From Alphaproteobacteria bacterium (GTDB lineage Bacteria > Pseudomonadota > Alphaproteobacteria > Rs-D84 > NBLK01), in contig JAFGVS010000031.1 in the NCBI GenBank assembly GCA_016937865.1, forward strand, positions 1 through 46,856: a stretch of DNA of 46,856 nt. Reading direction: 5' to 3'. This document shows, piece after piece, positions 10,203-21,300 of this stretch. A program made the translations under genes and the position numbers. The notes under the pieces were generated by a model. The model did no database searches, had not been told where the DNA came from, and was given only the letters and a program-made list of their open reading frames with translations. The number at the start of each line of letters is the position of its first letter. Position 1 is the stretch's first letter.

Positions 10203-10416
10203 AACTTTCCTTTTGGTTGTCCGTGCTTTCACGGGGTATCTGGTATAGGTGTATCCGCACCAGAAAGGTTTCTTTACAACAAAAATGCTTTTAACAAACG
10301 AGGCCATCTTAAGACATAAAACATTTTTTTTCAAGGAAAAAGGAGAAAAAGCTTTTATTGGAAGGCAAATTATGATAAAATAAGCAAGGAATAGAGAAGA
10401 AAACTTGAGGAATGAG

Positions 10417-12513
10417 ATGCGTAAATATCTGATTTTTAGTATTTTTGTACTGGTGGCGTCCATGGTGATGCCTCAAGAAAGTTTCGCCGAAAGAAGCGGC
10501 GGTACGAGTGCACGACGGGCGAAAGGGGCGACAAGTCCTAACCGTACCCGTATTAATGTCGGACGAACCGCGGGAGTTACCGGGGTTCTTGATAACAAAG
10601 ATTCATTGACTGGTGCGACAAATACATCGACTTTTACAACCGAAGCGGCAACAACAACATTAGATAACCAACAATGTGTCAATTCTATCACACAATGTTT
10701 GTCTGCCGATAATCTTTGTGGATCTGGTCTATTTAAATGTAAAGATGTTTTTGCCGATGGAGCAGCCCTGTTAGCTGATTCTCGAGGGCAGTCATGCTCA
10801 GATAAATTAACCAGCTGTCAATGCTATTATGCAAATGATCCTGCGGTACCGTTAACCGATTGTGCGTTTGTGTGGGATCAAGCTGTATTACAAATACAAG
10901 ATTCAGGGTATGATATGGGCCAATGTCAGTCTAAATTTATGACCTGCGCCAAAACGGAGTGTTCGGGCGCTAATTACAGTGCGTGTGTTGATTTGATTGA
11001 TACCGCGATAAATTCTGCTGGGGCTGATGACGAAATTGACACACAAGACTTTTTGAGAAATTGGTTAAATGATTCAACAGATCCATCTACGACGGCTCTG
11101 TCTACAGGGTTGCGTGGGTTATTAATGCAACGTTTAGCACGTTGTGAAGCGGATGTCTTGACGCAGTGCCAAGATTATGATCCGTTGATCCCAGCAGCAA
11201 ATGTAACGGCAGATAATACGATTTCACGGACATTAAATTATTTCTTCCAAGATTTTGCACGTAAAGCCAGTGAAGGGTTGATTGATTACCAAGAAACCCA
11301 TGCGAAAGATAAATGGTTAAAGGCAGAAGCTTGTGTGAACACCGTCGATCAATGTATGGCAAAACATTGTGGAGATGGTTATAAAAAATGTCTCCATGAA
11401 GATTCAACCGTTGATTTCGTTGCAGCAAATAACTTTAGAACGCTTTGCCAAACAGAAATGATTACATGCTCTGAAATACGTGTGGAAGTTGGATTGCCAG
11501 GCTATCAGTTCCTTCAAAATCCAGCAGTGGACGGTGTCGAAGCGGTTTGGAATGAATTTATCAGCAAGAAATTGTTGGCGCATGGAAATAAGGCAGCCAC
11601 AGATCGCCGTGAATTAGAACGGGAGCTCGATATCAAAATTGCGAATGCGCAACGAGAATGTGAATTAAGTGGTGGAGAATTTGGTTACACACAGGAAGCA
11701 CTCCTTAATTACCAAGTTAAATTTGGAAGTCAAACAGATGATTATAAAGGCGATAGTGGTCTTCTAAATAATAAAATTATGGATCATGATGGAGATGGTG
11801 TGCCAGATGTGTATCCAAGTGGAACAGACACGACACCAGATTCGACAGTATACGGGGCTCAGAGTAATGCAAATTCCGGTGGTGGAGAAAAAATGCAACG
11901 TTTCTATGATCGTCCAACCTGTATGTATACAGTGGTCTTGCAACGTGCCCATAGCATAATGGCCAAAGCAAGTAATGATCGTGGACGTGTTAAAGTAGAC
12001 ATGCGTCAAAATGGGGTGAAATGTAATGAAATGCTTTTCCCTGAGGCGCTTAAAGGCGAATCAAATATTTGGGCTGGTGTTCTTGGTGGTGTCATTGGTG
12101 GGGCCGCTGGTGTGGTTGGCGGACAGGTTGCGATTCAAAAAGAAGAGCAGAAGAATTTAAAAACAGCAGGTCTAGGCGTGGCCGGAACCGGTGGTGGTAT
12201 ACTTGCCGGGACCGCAATTCAACGGGCACAAATGATGAAAAAACTTTCTTGTGCAGTTGAAAATGCCCGCCGAGATGTAAATGGAGATCTTATTGGATCT
12301 ATTGGATATATTCCAGTAGCAAAATTTGGCGAATCCATCAGTTTGCCTCCAGTCAATGTGACGGAAACAGCCGGCGCAGGACGTAAAGCAGGCGTGGCCG
12401 GAAGAACAAGCAGTGGGACAAGTACAATGTTAAATGCGTTTGATGCGGTGGATGAATTTTATCGTGCGCATCCAGAGCTAGTTGTACAGCGCGGCGAATA
12501 CAACGCGAATTAA
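10417..12513 (+). CDS. Secreted Cys-rich hypothetical protein with C-terminal glycine zipper
   Basis: GAGG RBS before ATG 10417, signal peptide, about 24 Cys, DHDGDGVPD motif, GVLGGVIGGAAGVVGG segment. Confidence 0.8.
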   Translation: MRKYLIFSIFVLVASMVMPQESFAERSGGTSARRAKGATSPNRTRINVGRTAGVTGVLDNKDSLTGATNTSTFTTEAATTTLDNQQCVNSITQCLSADNLCGSGLFKCKDVFADGAALLADSRGQSCSDKLTSCQCYYANDPAVPLTDCAFVWDQAVLQIQDSGYDMGQCQSKFMTCAKTECSGANYSACVDLIDTAINSAGADDEIDTQDFLRNWLNDSTDPSTTALSTGLRGLLMQRLARCEADVLTQCQDYDPLIPAANVTADNTISRTLNYFFQDFARKASEGLIDYQETHAKDKWLKAEACVNTVDQCMAKHCGDGYKKCLHEDSTVDFVAANNFRTLCQTEMITCSEIRVEVGLPGYQFLQNPAVDGVEAVWNEFISKKLLAHGNKAATDRRELERELDIKIANAQRECELSGGEFGYTQEALLNYQVKFGSQTDDYKGDSGLLNNKIMDHDGDGVPDVYPSGTDTTPDSTVYGAQSNANSGGGEKMQRFYDRPTCMYTVVLQRAHSIMAKASNDRGRVKVDMRQNGVKCNEMLFPEALKGESNIWAGVLGGVIGGAAGVVGGQVAIQKEEQKNLKTAGLGVAGTGGGILAGTAIQRAQMMKKLSCAVENARRDVNGDLIGSIGYIPVAKFGESISLPPVNVTETAGAGRKAGVAGRTSSGTSTMLNAFDAVDEFYRAHPELVVQRGEYNAN

Positions 12514-12516
12514 ATT

Positions 12517-12541
12517 AAGAGCCTCATTCGAGGCTTTTTTT
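12517..12541 (+). terminator. Intrinsic terminator
   Basis: agcctc-attc-gaggct plus T run. Confidence 0.8.
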
Positions 12542-12578
12542 CTTGCCTCTGAAATTTTTTAAGGTTATTCTCGTTGCC

Positions 12579-14348
12579 ATGGCTAAATCATTCTCACTTA
12601 CACGACACGACATTGCGTTATTCAAACGTTTGTGGCACTTGTCTCTTAAAATTTATTTTCCAACAATTTTGTTGGCAGTTGTTTTCATGTTAATTTCATC
12701 GGGGGGGGAAGCATACGTACTGTCCTTATTAAAGCCTTTGTTTGACGAAGCCTTTATGGATCAAAATTATCAGGCATTGGGGTTGATTTCAATGCAAGTC
12801 ATTGGCGTATTCTTTTTGAAAAGTGGATCTCTCTATGCGCATACATATTTAATGGGAGTTGTTGGTCTCAAAGCGACAAAAGAAATTCAGATCCGAATGT
12901 TTAAAAAATTCTTATCTATGGATATGAGTTTTTTTGGTCGTAAATCCTTTGGGATCTTACAAACACATTTTGGTTCAGATGCAACAGCACCAACGGCCTT
13001 TTTAGAATCATTTTTTACACGCTTTATGAAAGATATATTTACGATCCTATTCATGGTCGGCTTGATGGTATATGAGGCGCCACAGCTATCTTTAATCATC
13101 TTGGTTTTATTGCCAGCTATTTCCCTGCCTTTGGCTAAATTTGGAAAGCGCTATCGTTCCGTTTTTGGACAAGCACTGGAAAAAACAGAAGAATTTGGAA
13201 CTTATTTTCATCAAATTTTACAAAGCATTCCAATTGTTAAAATATATGTAAAAGAGCGCAAAGAAACAGAGCGAGCGACTGAATATTTAGATCAAATTTA
13301 TAGGCTATCTAAAAAGAACTTAAGGGTAGCATCTCGTGTGCGCCCAACCATGGAAACATTGGGCGGGATAGCAATGGGAGGGGCGCTCTTACTTGGAGGC
13401 TATCAAATTACCGCAGGACTGCTAACAACGGGGCAATTTGTAACCTTTTTGTCCGCCTTATTCGGGTCTTATCGCCCATTGAAATCAATTTCAGGCACAT
13501 TTGTACAAATGCAAGCCGCGATGAAAAACACAGAAAGATTATTTTCTATTTTGGATGAAAAATCAAAAATTCAAGACAAAAAAAATGCGAAAGTTTTAGC
13601 AGGTAAAAAATTGGGACTGACATTTGAAAATGTCACATTTGGATACGAGGCCGATAAACCTGTGATAAAAAATATGTCTTTAGAGGTTAAGCCCGGACAA
13701 ACGGTTGCCCTTGTTGGGACATCGGGGGGCGGAAAAAGTACGATTGTAGGGTTGATTCCACGTTTTTATGATGTTGATGAAGGGGCGGTCAAAATAAATG
13801 GTCAAAACATTAAAAATTTCACAATGCAATCTTTGCGAAAACACATGGCCTATGTGACCCAAGATACGATGTTATTTGAGGGATCTATTGCAGAAAACAT
13901 TGCCTATGGGGCGACGGGAAAAGTCAGTCGCAAAGACATTATCAAGGCTGCCAAATACGCAGCGGCAGATGAGTTTATCGAAGGTTTTGAAAAAGGATAC
14001 GACCAGCCTGTCGGAGAACGTGGGGGACGTTTGTCCGGTGGGCAAAAACAACGCATTTCAATCGCACGTGCTTTGTTAAAAGATGCGCCAATCTTATTGT
14101 TGGACGAAGCAACATCTGCATTGGATACAAAGTCTGAATCGATTGTGCAAAAAGCATTACAAACATTGATGAAAAATCGGACAACAATTGTGATTGCGCA
14201 TCGACTTTCCACGATTATCAATGCGGATAAGATTGTTGTTGTGGATAATGGTATGGTTGTTGAAGAAGGCACACATGAGGCGCTGTTGAAAAAGAATGGC
14301 TATTATGCAAAGCTTTATCAAATGCAACTAAAAAAGAAAGCCTCATAA
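12579..14348 (+). CDS. MsbA-like ABC exporter (fused TMD-NBD)
   Basis: TM region, Walker A GTSGGGKS, LSGGQKQR, ILLLDEATSALD, IAHRLS. Confidence 0.92.
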   Translation: MAKSFSLTRHDIALFKRLWHLSLKIYFPTILLAVVFMLISSGGEAYVLSLLKPLFDEAFMDQNYQALGLISMQVIGVFFLKSGSLYAHTYLMGVVGLKATKEIQIRMFKKFLSMDMSFFGRKSFGILQTHFGSDATAPTAFLESFFTRFMKDIFTILFMVGLMVYEAPQLSLIILVLLPAISLPLAKFGKRYRSVFGQALEKTEEFGTYFHQILQSIPIVKIYVKERKETERATEYLDQIYRLSKKNLRVASRVRPTMETLGGIAMGGALLLGGYQITAGLLTTGQFVTFLSALFGSYRPLKSISGTFVQMQAAMKNTERLFSILDEKSKIQDKKNAKVLAGKKLGLTFENVTFGYEADKPVIKNMSLEVKPGQTVALVGTSGGGKSTIVGLIPRFYDVDEGAVKINGQNIKNFTMQSLRKHMAYVTQDTMLFEGSIAENIAYGATGKVSRKDIIKAAKYAAADEFIEGFEKGYDQPVGERGGRLSGGQKQRISIARALLKDAPILLLDEATSALDTKSESIVQKALQTLMKNRTTIVIAHRLSTIINADKIVVVDNGMVVEEGTHEALLKKNGYYAKLYQMQLKKKAS

Positions 14349-14447
14349 GTCAGTGCACGGTTGTTTTTTTCCGGATTTTCAATTTATATTGGACTTTTGT
14401 CTGTGGGTTTGTTAAAAAGTGCATAACCCTAAAACAAAGAGGTTCAT

Positions 14448-15035
14448 ATGCGTTTTCTATTTGTCTGTTTATATTTAATATCTTTTTCCGCTTCTGCCGC
14501 TTTTCTGTCTGTCTCAACAGATGTCATGGGACTGGCTAATGAGGAGGGGGTTTCCGGAACCGTTTCTTTTCATTTTGATATTCAAAAAGAGATGCGCTTA
14601 GAATTAAGTCATACAATGCAAGAAACAGAAAAAAATAATATAACGATGGATTATATTTCAACCGGAGCCACAAATCTAACAAATGTGACGGCAGATAGTA
14701 CGGCAAATTTTCAAGTGACCTTTGTTTCTTTGTATTACGACTTTAAACCAGAAGAAAAATTTTCGCCTTTTTTAGGGCTTGGACTTGGGGTTGGAGAAAT
14801 TGGCTATCGATTAGAAAATATTCAACATACCGGTGCCATCACATTTCCGTTTATCGAAGAATCAGAAACAAATATGATGGTAAAATTATCTTTCGGGATG
14901 CGTTATACATTTAATAAAAACTTTGAGTCTTTTTTACAATATGATACATTTAAATCTTCCTTCATGGATGAAGTAAAAAGCAAAGGATTAATCTCTGACT
15001 CACAGTTGAATTTAGGGTTGCGCATGCGATTCTAA
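14448..15035 (+). CDS. Outer-membrane beta-barrel protein (OmpA-like/opacity porin type)
   Basis: Signal peptide, YYDF...FSPFLGLGLG, amphipathic strands, C-terminal LGLRMRF. Confidence 0.85.
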   Translation: MRFLFVCLYLISFSASAAFLSVSTDVMGLANEEGVSGTVSFHFDIQKEMRLELSHTMQETEKNNITMDYISTGATNLTNVTADSTANFQVTFVSLYYDFKPEEKFSPFLGLGLGVGEIGYRLENIQHTGAITFPFIEESETNMMVKLSFGMRYTFNKNFESFLQYDTFKSSFMDEVKSKGLISDSQLNLGLRMRF

Positions 15036-15177
15036 AGCCAGATTAAAGGCTTTTAATTTAGATAAAAAGGCATGATCCATTTTCTCCTGCGCACCAAATG
15101 TCTATATGACCTAAAAATCGCTTGATTCACACACAGAAGATCTTTAATCTCGAAGTAGAGAGAAAAGGAGATCAGAA

Positions 15178-15345
15178 ATGCGCTATTTTATTTTAATTTT
15201 ACCTTTAATCATGGTCACAGGATGCTCATGTTTCAGATCATGTCATTGCACACCAGAAATCGAAGAAAACGAAAAACTGATTGTGCCACCAGAGCTTCAA
15301 ACAAATAAGTCGATTTTACTGGAACGAAGAAACAGCAAGAAATAA
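15178..15345 (+). CDS. Small Cys-rich lipoprotein, 55 aa (absent from ORF track)
   Basis: AAGGAG RBS; translates as MRYFILILPLIMVTGCSCFRSCHCTPEIEENEKLIVPPELQTNKSILLERRNSKK; VTGC lipobox; stop 6 nt before the next ATG. Confidence 0.75.
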   Translation: MRYFILILPLIMVTGCSCFRSCHCTPEIEENEKLIVPPELQTNKSILLERRNSKK

Positions 15346-15351
15346 ACATAA

Positions 15352-18300
15352 ATGCAGATATTCTTGTTAATGCTTTTGTCGACATTTATGGGCGGATATC
15401 ATTATCTGTCCAGCCCTGCCTTAAATATAGGGCATGATTTTTTACCTGAATCTGTACGAACAAAAACGCTAATTATGTGCGTAATTAACGAGCAGAAAAA
15501 AGCCCTAGATGACAATTCAAAAAACCTACGTGAAAACGGGTATGAATTTGAAAAAACGGCGCCTTGTGCAAAATCTAAAGATGTCATCACAACAAAGTTT
15601 TGCATGCAGGACGGCCAAATATCTCCTGATTGTTATGGGCAGGAGGGAAGTGGTGAAGAGTCCAATTATCTATCAGATCACTATTTTATCACGCGAACGG
15701 ACTTACCTAAGGACATGTCGCAAAGTACGGCATTGGATTATATTAAGAAAATGTCTGGTGGTTTGCCTAATTTAGGTTTATTGTTCAAAGGGGAGGATGA
15801 TAAGTACGTTGTTTTAAATCCACAAACAATGACAGAAACCGTTTCAATCCCAGAACAGCTTATCGGGGCCAACAGCCTTCGGAAACATCAAATCGTCTAC
15901 TTCTCACATCATACCCCTTCGGAAGTGGAGGCAATTGCAGAAAGTTCTGAGTGGGAAGCGTTGAAATGTAGCAAAGAATCAGACATTAAGGTTTTTGATG
16001 GCGAAACGCAAACATGGGGATGCCGGCCATTCGACAACTTTAAAAAATGTTTCGGCGATACCATTGAAGATTCAAAAGGAAACTGTATTCCAAATCTAGG
16101 AAAGAAAATAACATGTTCATCGGATGAGCGTGCAACATTTAATTATGAGGCACTGGCGTGGGAATGTAAACGAAAAGTGTCAGTCGTTTGTCAGGCGAAT
16201 GAAACGTTGGGGTGGAACGGCAGTAAATATGTGTGTATGTATAATGAAAAATTTACCGGAAAAGATTGTGAAGATCTTGTGTTTAATGATACGACCCAAG
16301 ATTGGGAAACGGTTCGTTTGGGGGGATCTGCCGCCGGCTATCCGTGTGGTGCATGTGAAATTAATCAAAGCGGGACGTGTGATGACACGTGTTTCCCAGA
16401 TCCGTCAACTATTCCAGAAAACTTGTGTGCTGGACCTAATTGCGCGTACGAATGTGATACAGAAGAAGGGTGCGGCTGGATTAAGGATTGTAATGGGGGG
16501 CAAAATTGCTCTGATTACAAGACAATTTATTGGGAATCAAACGCAAATAAATGGCATTGTGTAAATTGTTATCCTCTAAAAGTGAAAAAACAGTTCAAAA
16601 GGGGGGACACAGGATGTTTTAGTGCAACGATTCGCGATACAGAAGGATTGATTTCGATTGAATCATGTGATCACAATGGGGCTCAGTATCAAGGAGGCGT
16701 TTCAGGGGATAGTTGTACGCTTCAAGAAAATGATAAAAAAGAATATGAATTACAATGTGTTTTCACAGGTTCTGGGGAATTTGGGGAAGACGGAAGTGGA
16801 GAAAAAAGATTTTTTTGTGATACGGACGATATCAATGACACCAATATATGTGGTTCTCTCAGCAATACAACCTGGGCATGGTATGAGTATCAGGGGAAAT
16901 CACCAGGGTGTATGGATCCGTATGATCAGGACACGGATTTACAGGTTTTAAATAAAGATACGACAAAAATCCCTACTTTATATGATTATAATGGTAAAAA
17001 ATATACATTTGGCTGTCCTTCGGGGTATTACAGACCGCGGACAGCAAAAGGTCAACAATTACAAGCGTGTAAAAAAAGAGTTTGTGATAATTTGCCTGAG
17101 AATAATCAACAGCTGACCCCTACTTATTCAGAAAGACGAACGGCCGATGGACAGGACTGTAAAGCCGGTTATATTGATATTTTAAGAACAAGCCTTTACA
17201 CACATGAAGGGGAGTGTTTTTATTGTTGGATTCCACCAGAAGATTTTGAAGAACCAGGGCCAAAAGAAAGAAATTACGTGTGGAAACTACCGCCAGATAA
17301 AATAGAAATAGAATATTTCTCAGTGCAAACCACAACAAAATCGGGACAATACGATCAAACGTCAACGTTTGAACATTATACAGCATGCGAAAAAGGGAAT
17401 CAGTGTCAAGAGTGGAAAACATCCCCAGGGGCGTATGCGGAAATTTCATGTTATAAAGATGACGATGGGTTTTGTCTAGACGCACCGTCTGCACATAACA
17501 GCCCACCAGGATGGCAGCGCACTTGGTCAAACGGCGCATGGTCAGATCCAACACCAAACTGGTGTAACGATAGTGGAACCCCGAATTTTCCACAAGATGA
17601 AAGTGGACAGCTCTTAAACACGTGGGACACCAAAAGTCAGGGACGTTGCCCGCCAAATTATCAGACCAAGCTAAACGGGCGCGTGGCAAACGGTGTTTTC
17701 ACTGCGTGTCTATATTGTTTACCCCAACCTTTTAAAGTGTCGGAAGTTTCTTCTTTACTAAGTGGTGATCCAAATCCACTCCCTACCGATCCAGAAGGAG
17801 ACCCCATAATTGAGAAACCACAACAACCCGGGGCATGGCAATTAAACCGGTGTTATGATGATGTGGCAGAATCAGAATATTCCCTTGCGGATTTATCAAA
17901 TGTTACGAAATGGACAGATCCAGATTATAGCGGGCTTAAATACGCTTACGCACCGAACTATTGTGACATCTCAATCGTTTCCGAAGGCTGCGCTTTGGGG
18001 ACAAAAAGAAGCTGGGTTGGGGGCTGGAGCAATTGTGAACCAAATCTTTGTCGGTCGGAAGACAAAGACAGAACAGGTATGAATATCCCGATGTTATTTA
18101 AAGATGGTGACGGGAATTACTGTGTTTATATGTGGCGCCCGCCATATAATGGAGTACCGCCATATCGGGATGAAAATAGTACATTTTCGGATTGGTCTGC
18201 ATATTATTACAAAGAGATAATATGGCATACGGACGGTACGAATTATATAGATTATCTCAATGATCATGATCACGATGGACAAATATCAGGGTTATATCCA

Positions 18301-21300
18301 AGAGGGGAGAATCTCGATGATGATGGATATTATCTGGATAAAGACCTGGAATACAACGAAGACGGTCATAATTACACATGGGCGGATGAAACCGGGTGGA
18401 CACGCAAACAAATTTGGTGTGGCACGACCCCAACCATAAATGACATCCAGCCAGATTCGTTATTCCCAACAACCGGACAGCTCGAAGGATCCGGTGCGGA
18501 GGCCTGTTATAACACTGTACAACCAACGTTATCTGTGTGGAAGACATGTAAATCAATGTATTGTGAATCAACAGATTGTATGTCAAATTCAGAATTTAAA
18601 ACATGTCTTTTCACAGAATGTACAAATAATGCCGGATGTGTCAAAAATACAGAAGCAAACGATTTTGAGTTTTGTACAGTAGGTCAACCAAGTATCAGCC
18701 CTTGGGATCCGGCAACGGGATGGCAAGACTGTGAAACAAATTGGTGTCGAGATGAGCCAGGTAGAAAGCAAGGTAAGTATATAAAAGTTTTGGATGAAGA
18801 AGAAACGTGTCTATATGCGTGGAAACCTGAATACGTGGAAAGTCTTTGGGAAAACTGGAAAAACACGTATGCCTTTGATGTGCCAGGTACGGATGAAACG
18901 ATCTATTTAGAAGAGGCTGTTGTTGTTGCTTCAAATTGCTGCGTTGAAGGGGCTGACAGCTATTTGCAGGATGGTGGTGAAATAGTCTTTAATACGGGGT
19001 TCAAGGTCATTTGGGAATCAGATACTGTCGGGTGGAAAATCAGACCGAACTGGTGTGATGGGGAAGGTTTGGCAGATACGATGTATCCGAAAAAAGCGGC
19101 GTTTTATCCATGGACGGCAAAACGTGACGAGGTAAATTGGTGTCTTAAAAAAACTCAAGCTTCTTTTGAAAATTGGGGGACGTGCAAAACAACAAGCAAT
19201 TGTCCTGGGGGCGATTGCAAAACAGATGCTTTTCAAACGTGTTTGTATGAAGCATGTATTGGCAGTGCAGAATGTCCATTTAGTAACGCGGTCGAAACAA
19301 GTGCGATCTGTTCATCGGGGGATCAAATTTCAAATTGGGAAGGGGGCGTCGATGGTCGGGGATGGCTCGATTGTGGATTTAATTGGTGTGATGATGCAAC
19401 AAAAACAGACGATCCAGCTTTAACAAATTATCCATGGACAGCCCGTGTGGTTGGGACCTGCTTGAAACCCGTACGTTCAAGTGTAGAAATATGGAATACG
19501 TGTAAAGCAGCCCATTGTCCTTCAAGTACCTGTTCTGGGAATATTCTGTTCCAAACATGTTTATATGAAAAATGCAAAACAGACGCGGTGTGTTTAGAAA
19601 CAACAGACCCAGAATGGAGTCTGCAAACAGTACAAGCGGGCAAGCCAATAAAACAAGTCTGGGATGGCACGGCGCTAACAGGCGGTTGGGGAGAAAAAGA
19701 GCTTAATTTCTGTTCGGGAAATAATGCGCCAGCAGAAAATCTTAGCCAGCTATTTGTGACACAGAGAACGGTTGAATCTGAATTATGTGCAGATATTTGG
19801 TTGCCAGATTATGGAACATGGGATGGATTAAGAACGAAACCAACATGGGAAAGTTTTGATAATACAACGGACATCGAAAGTTTTGACTTTCTCAGCTGTA
19901 CAGGAACGTGTCCAACAGACGCGCAAACAGAAACGGCATTAGGATGCACACTATCTTTCACGCGTCGGACATGGCTAGAAAAAACGATTGGTTGGCCCGC
20001 CACATGCGATACAGAGATCGGGAAATGTGCTTTTGAAACACCACAAACAAACTTTTTCCGTATTAAAGATACAAAAATAGATCCGGAATGTATCCGATAT
20101 TATCGTCCGACGTGGGATTTGTGGAGCGGTGGCCCTCAAGGGGCATGGGATGTAGGAGAAATTCCTAAAATAGAAAAATACTGTGACGATAATCCTGGCG
20201 TAACGGAATGTAAAAACGCAGCCGAAAAAACGAGTGATGGCTGTCCGCATTCTTCCTTACAGGAAAGAACATGGACAAATGATGTGTGGCCAGATACGTG
20301 TACTGTAAAATGGTGTAATGTTACCGCGACGGATCCAACGGGATCAAACGATCGACTTTTGGTGAGCGATGGCGGATGCGCAAAATTATGGCGCCCGGGC
20401 CATAGTGTTTGGAAAGACTACAAGGACACCGGAACATGGAATGCGTATAAGGCGGATCAGACTGCATTTAAACCACATCCATGTGATAAAGACAATTGCC
20501 CAGTAGATTTCGGAAAAGAAACAGATAATAATGAATGTTTATTAACGTCCAGATATCGAAACTGGAATGACGATGGCGGGTGGAGTGATTGTACATCTGT
20601 GACATGGTGTGGGGCTCCTCCAAGTCCAAGCGACGAAGATAAAAGATTTTTAGTCGATGATGGGGCTTGTGGAAAATTGTGGCGTCCGGATTATACGACA
20701 TGGATAGCCGAAACGTACGCAACAACGGCAACGTGGGAGGCGCACAACGCAAATAATAATACATTTGCGCCATATAATTGTAGTTCGGATACTAACTGTC
20801 CGACGGATTATGATGATGGATTGTCGGGTTATGCATTTGAAATAGACAACACAGGTTGCTTAACTTTTAAATACCGCAGGTGGGAAGATGCAACAGGTTG
20901 GTTAGACTCAGATGGGGCAAATACGTGTGAGCATGTAATCAATAAATGTACAACACCATCTGAAGAAGCAACGAAGCCTGCGCATTATTTCCATAAAACA
21001 GACGGTGCATGCGTTCGTTACTATCGCCCAAGCTATAAACTCTGGATCGGTGGTAGTTATTTTGATAGATTAATACGTTCTTGGAAGAATAAAACGTATA
21101 ATGCATGGAGTGATGGGAATCTTGCAGAAATGGAGGCGTACTGTGATGCCAACTCAAGTGCGGATGAGTGTCAAGACAACGAAAACATATCAACAGATAA
21201 TACAGGGTGTACGTTAGGTTTCTTAGAACGCAACTGGGACAACGCAGTAGGGTGGACCGGATGTACACATGAAATCAGGGAATGCAGCGGGGAAGAAGCC

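Noticed and set aside
10203-10463. 203-aa version of RpsF
   Set aside because: S6 similarity begins at MKIYE (10202), which has an RBS; the extension crosses the divergent promoter region.
12579-14348. Type I secretion ATPase for the giant protein
   Set aside because: No adjacent membrane-fusion protein or TolC, no C39 domain and no RTX repeats in the giant protein; an MsbA-like flippase is the simpler reading.
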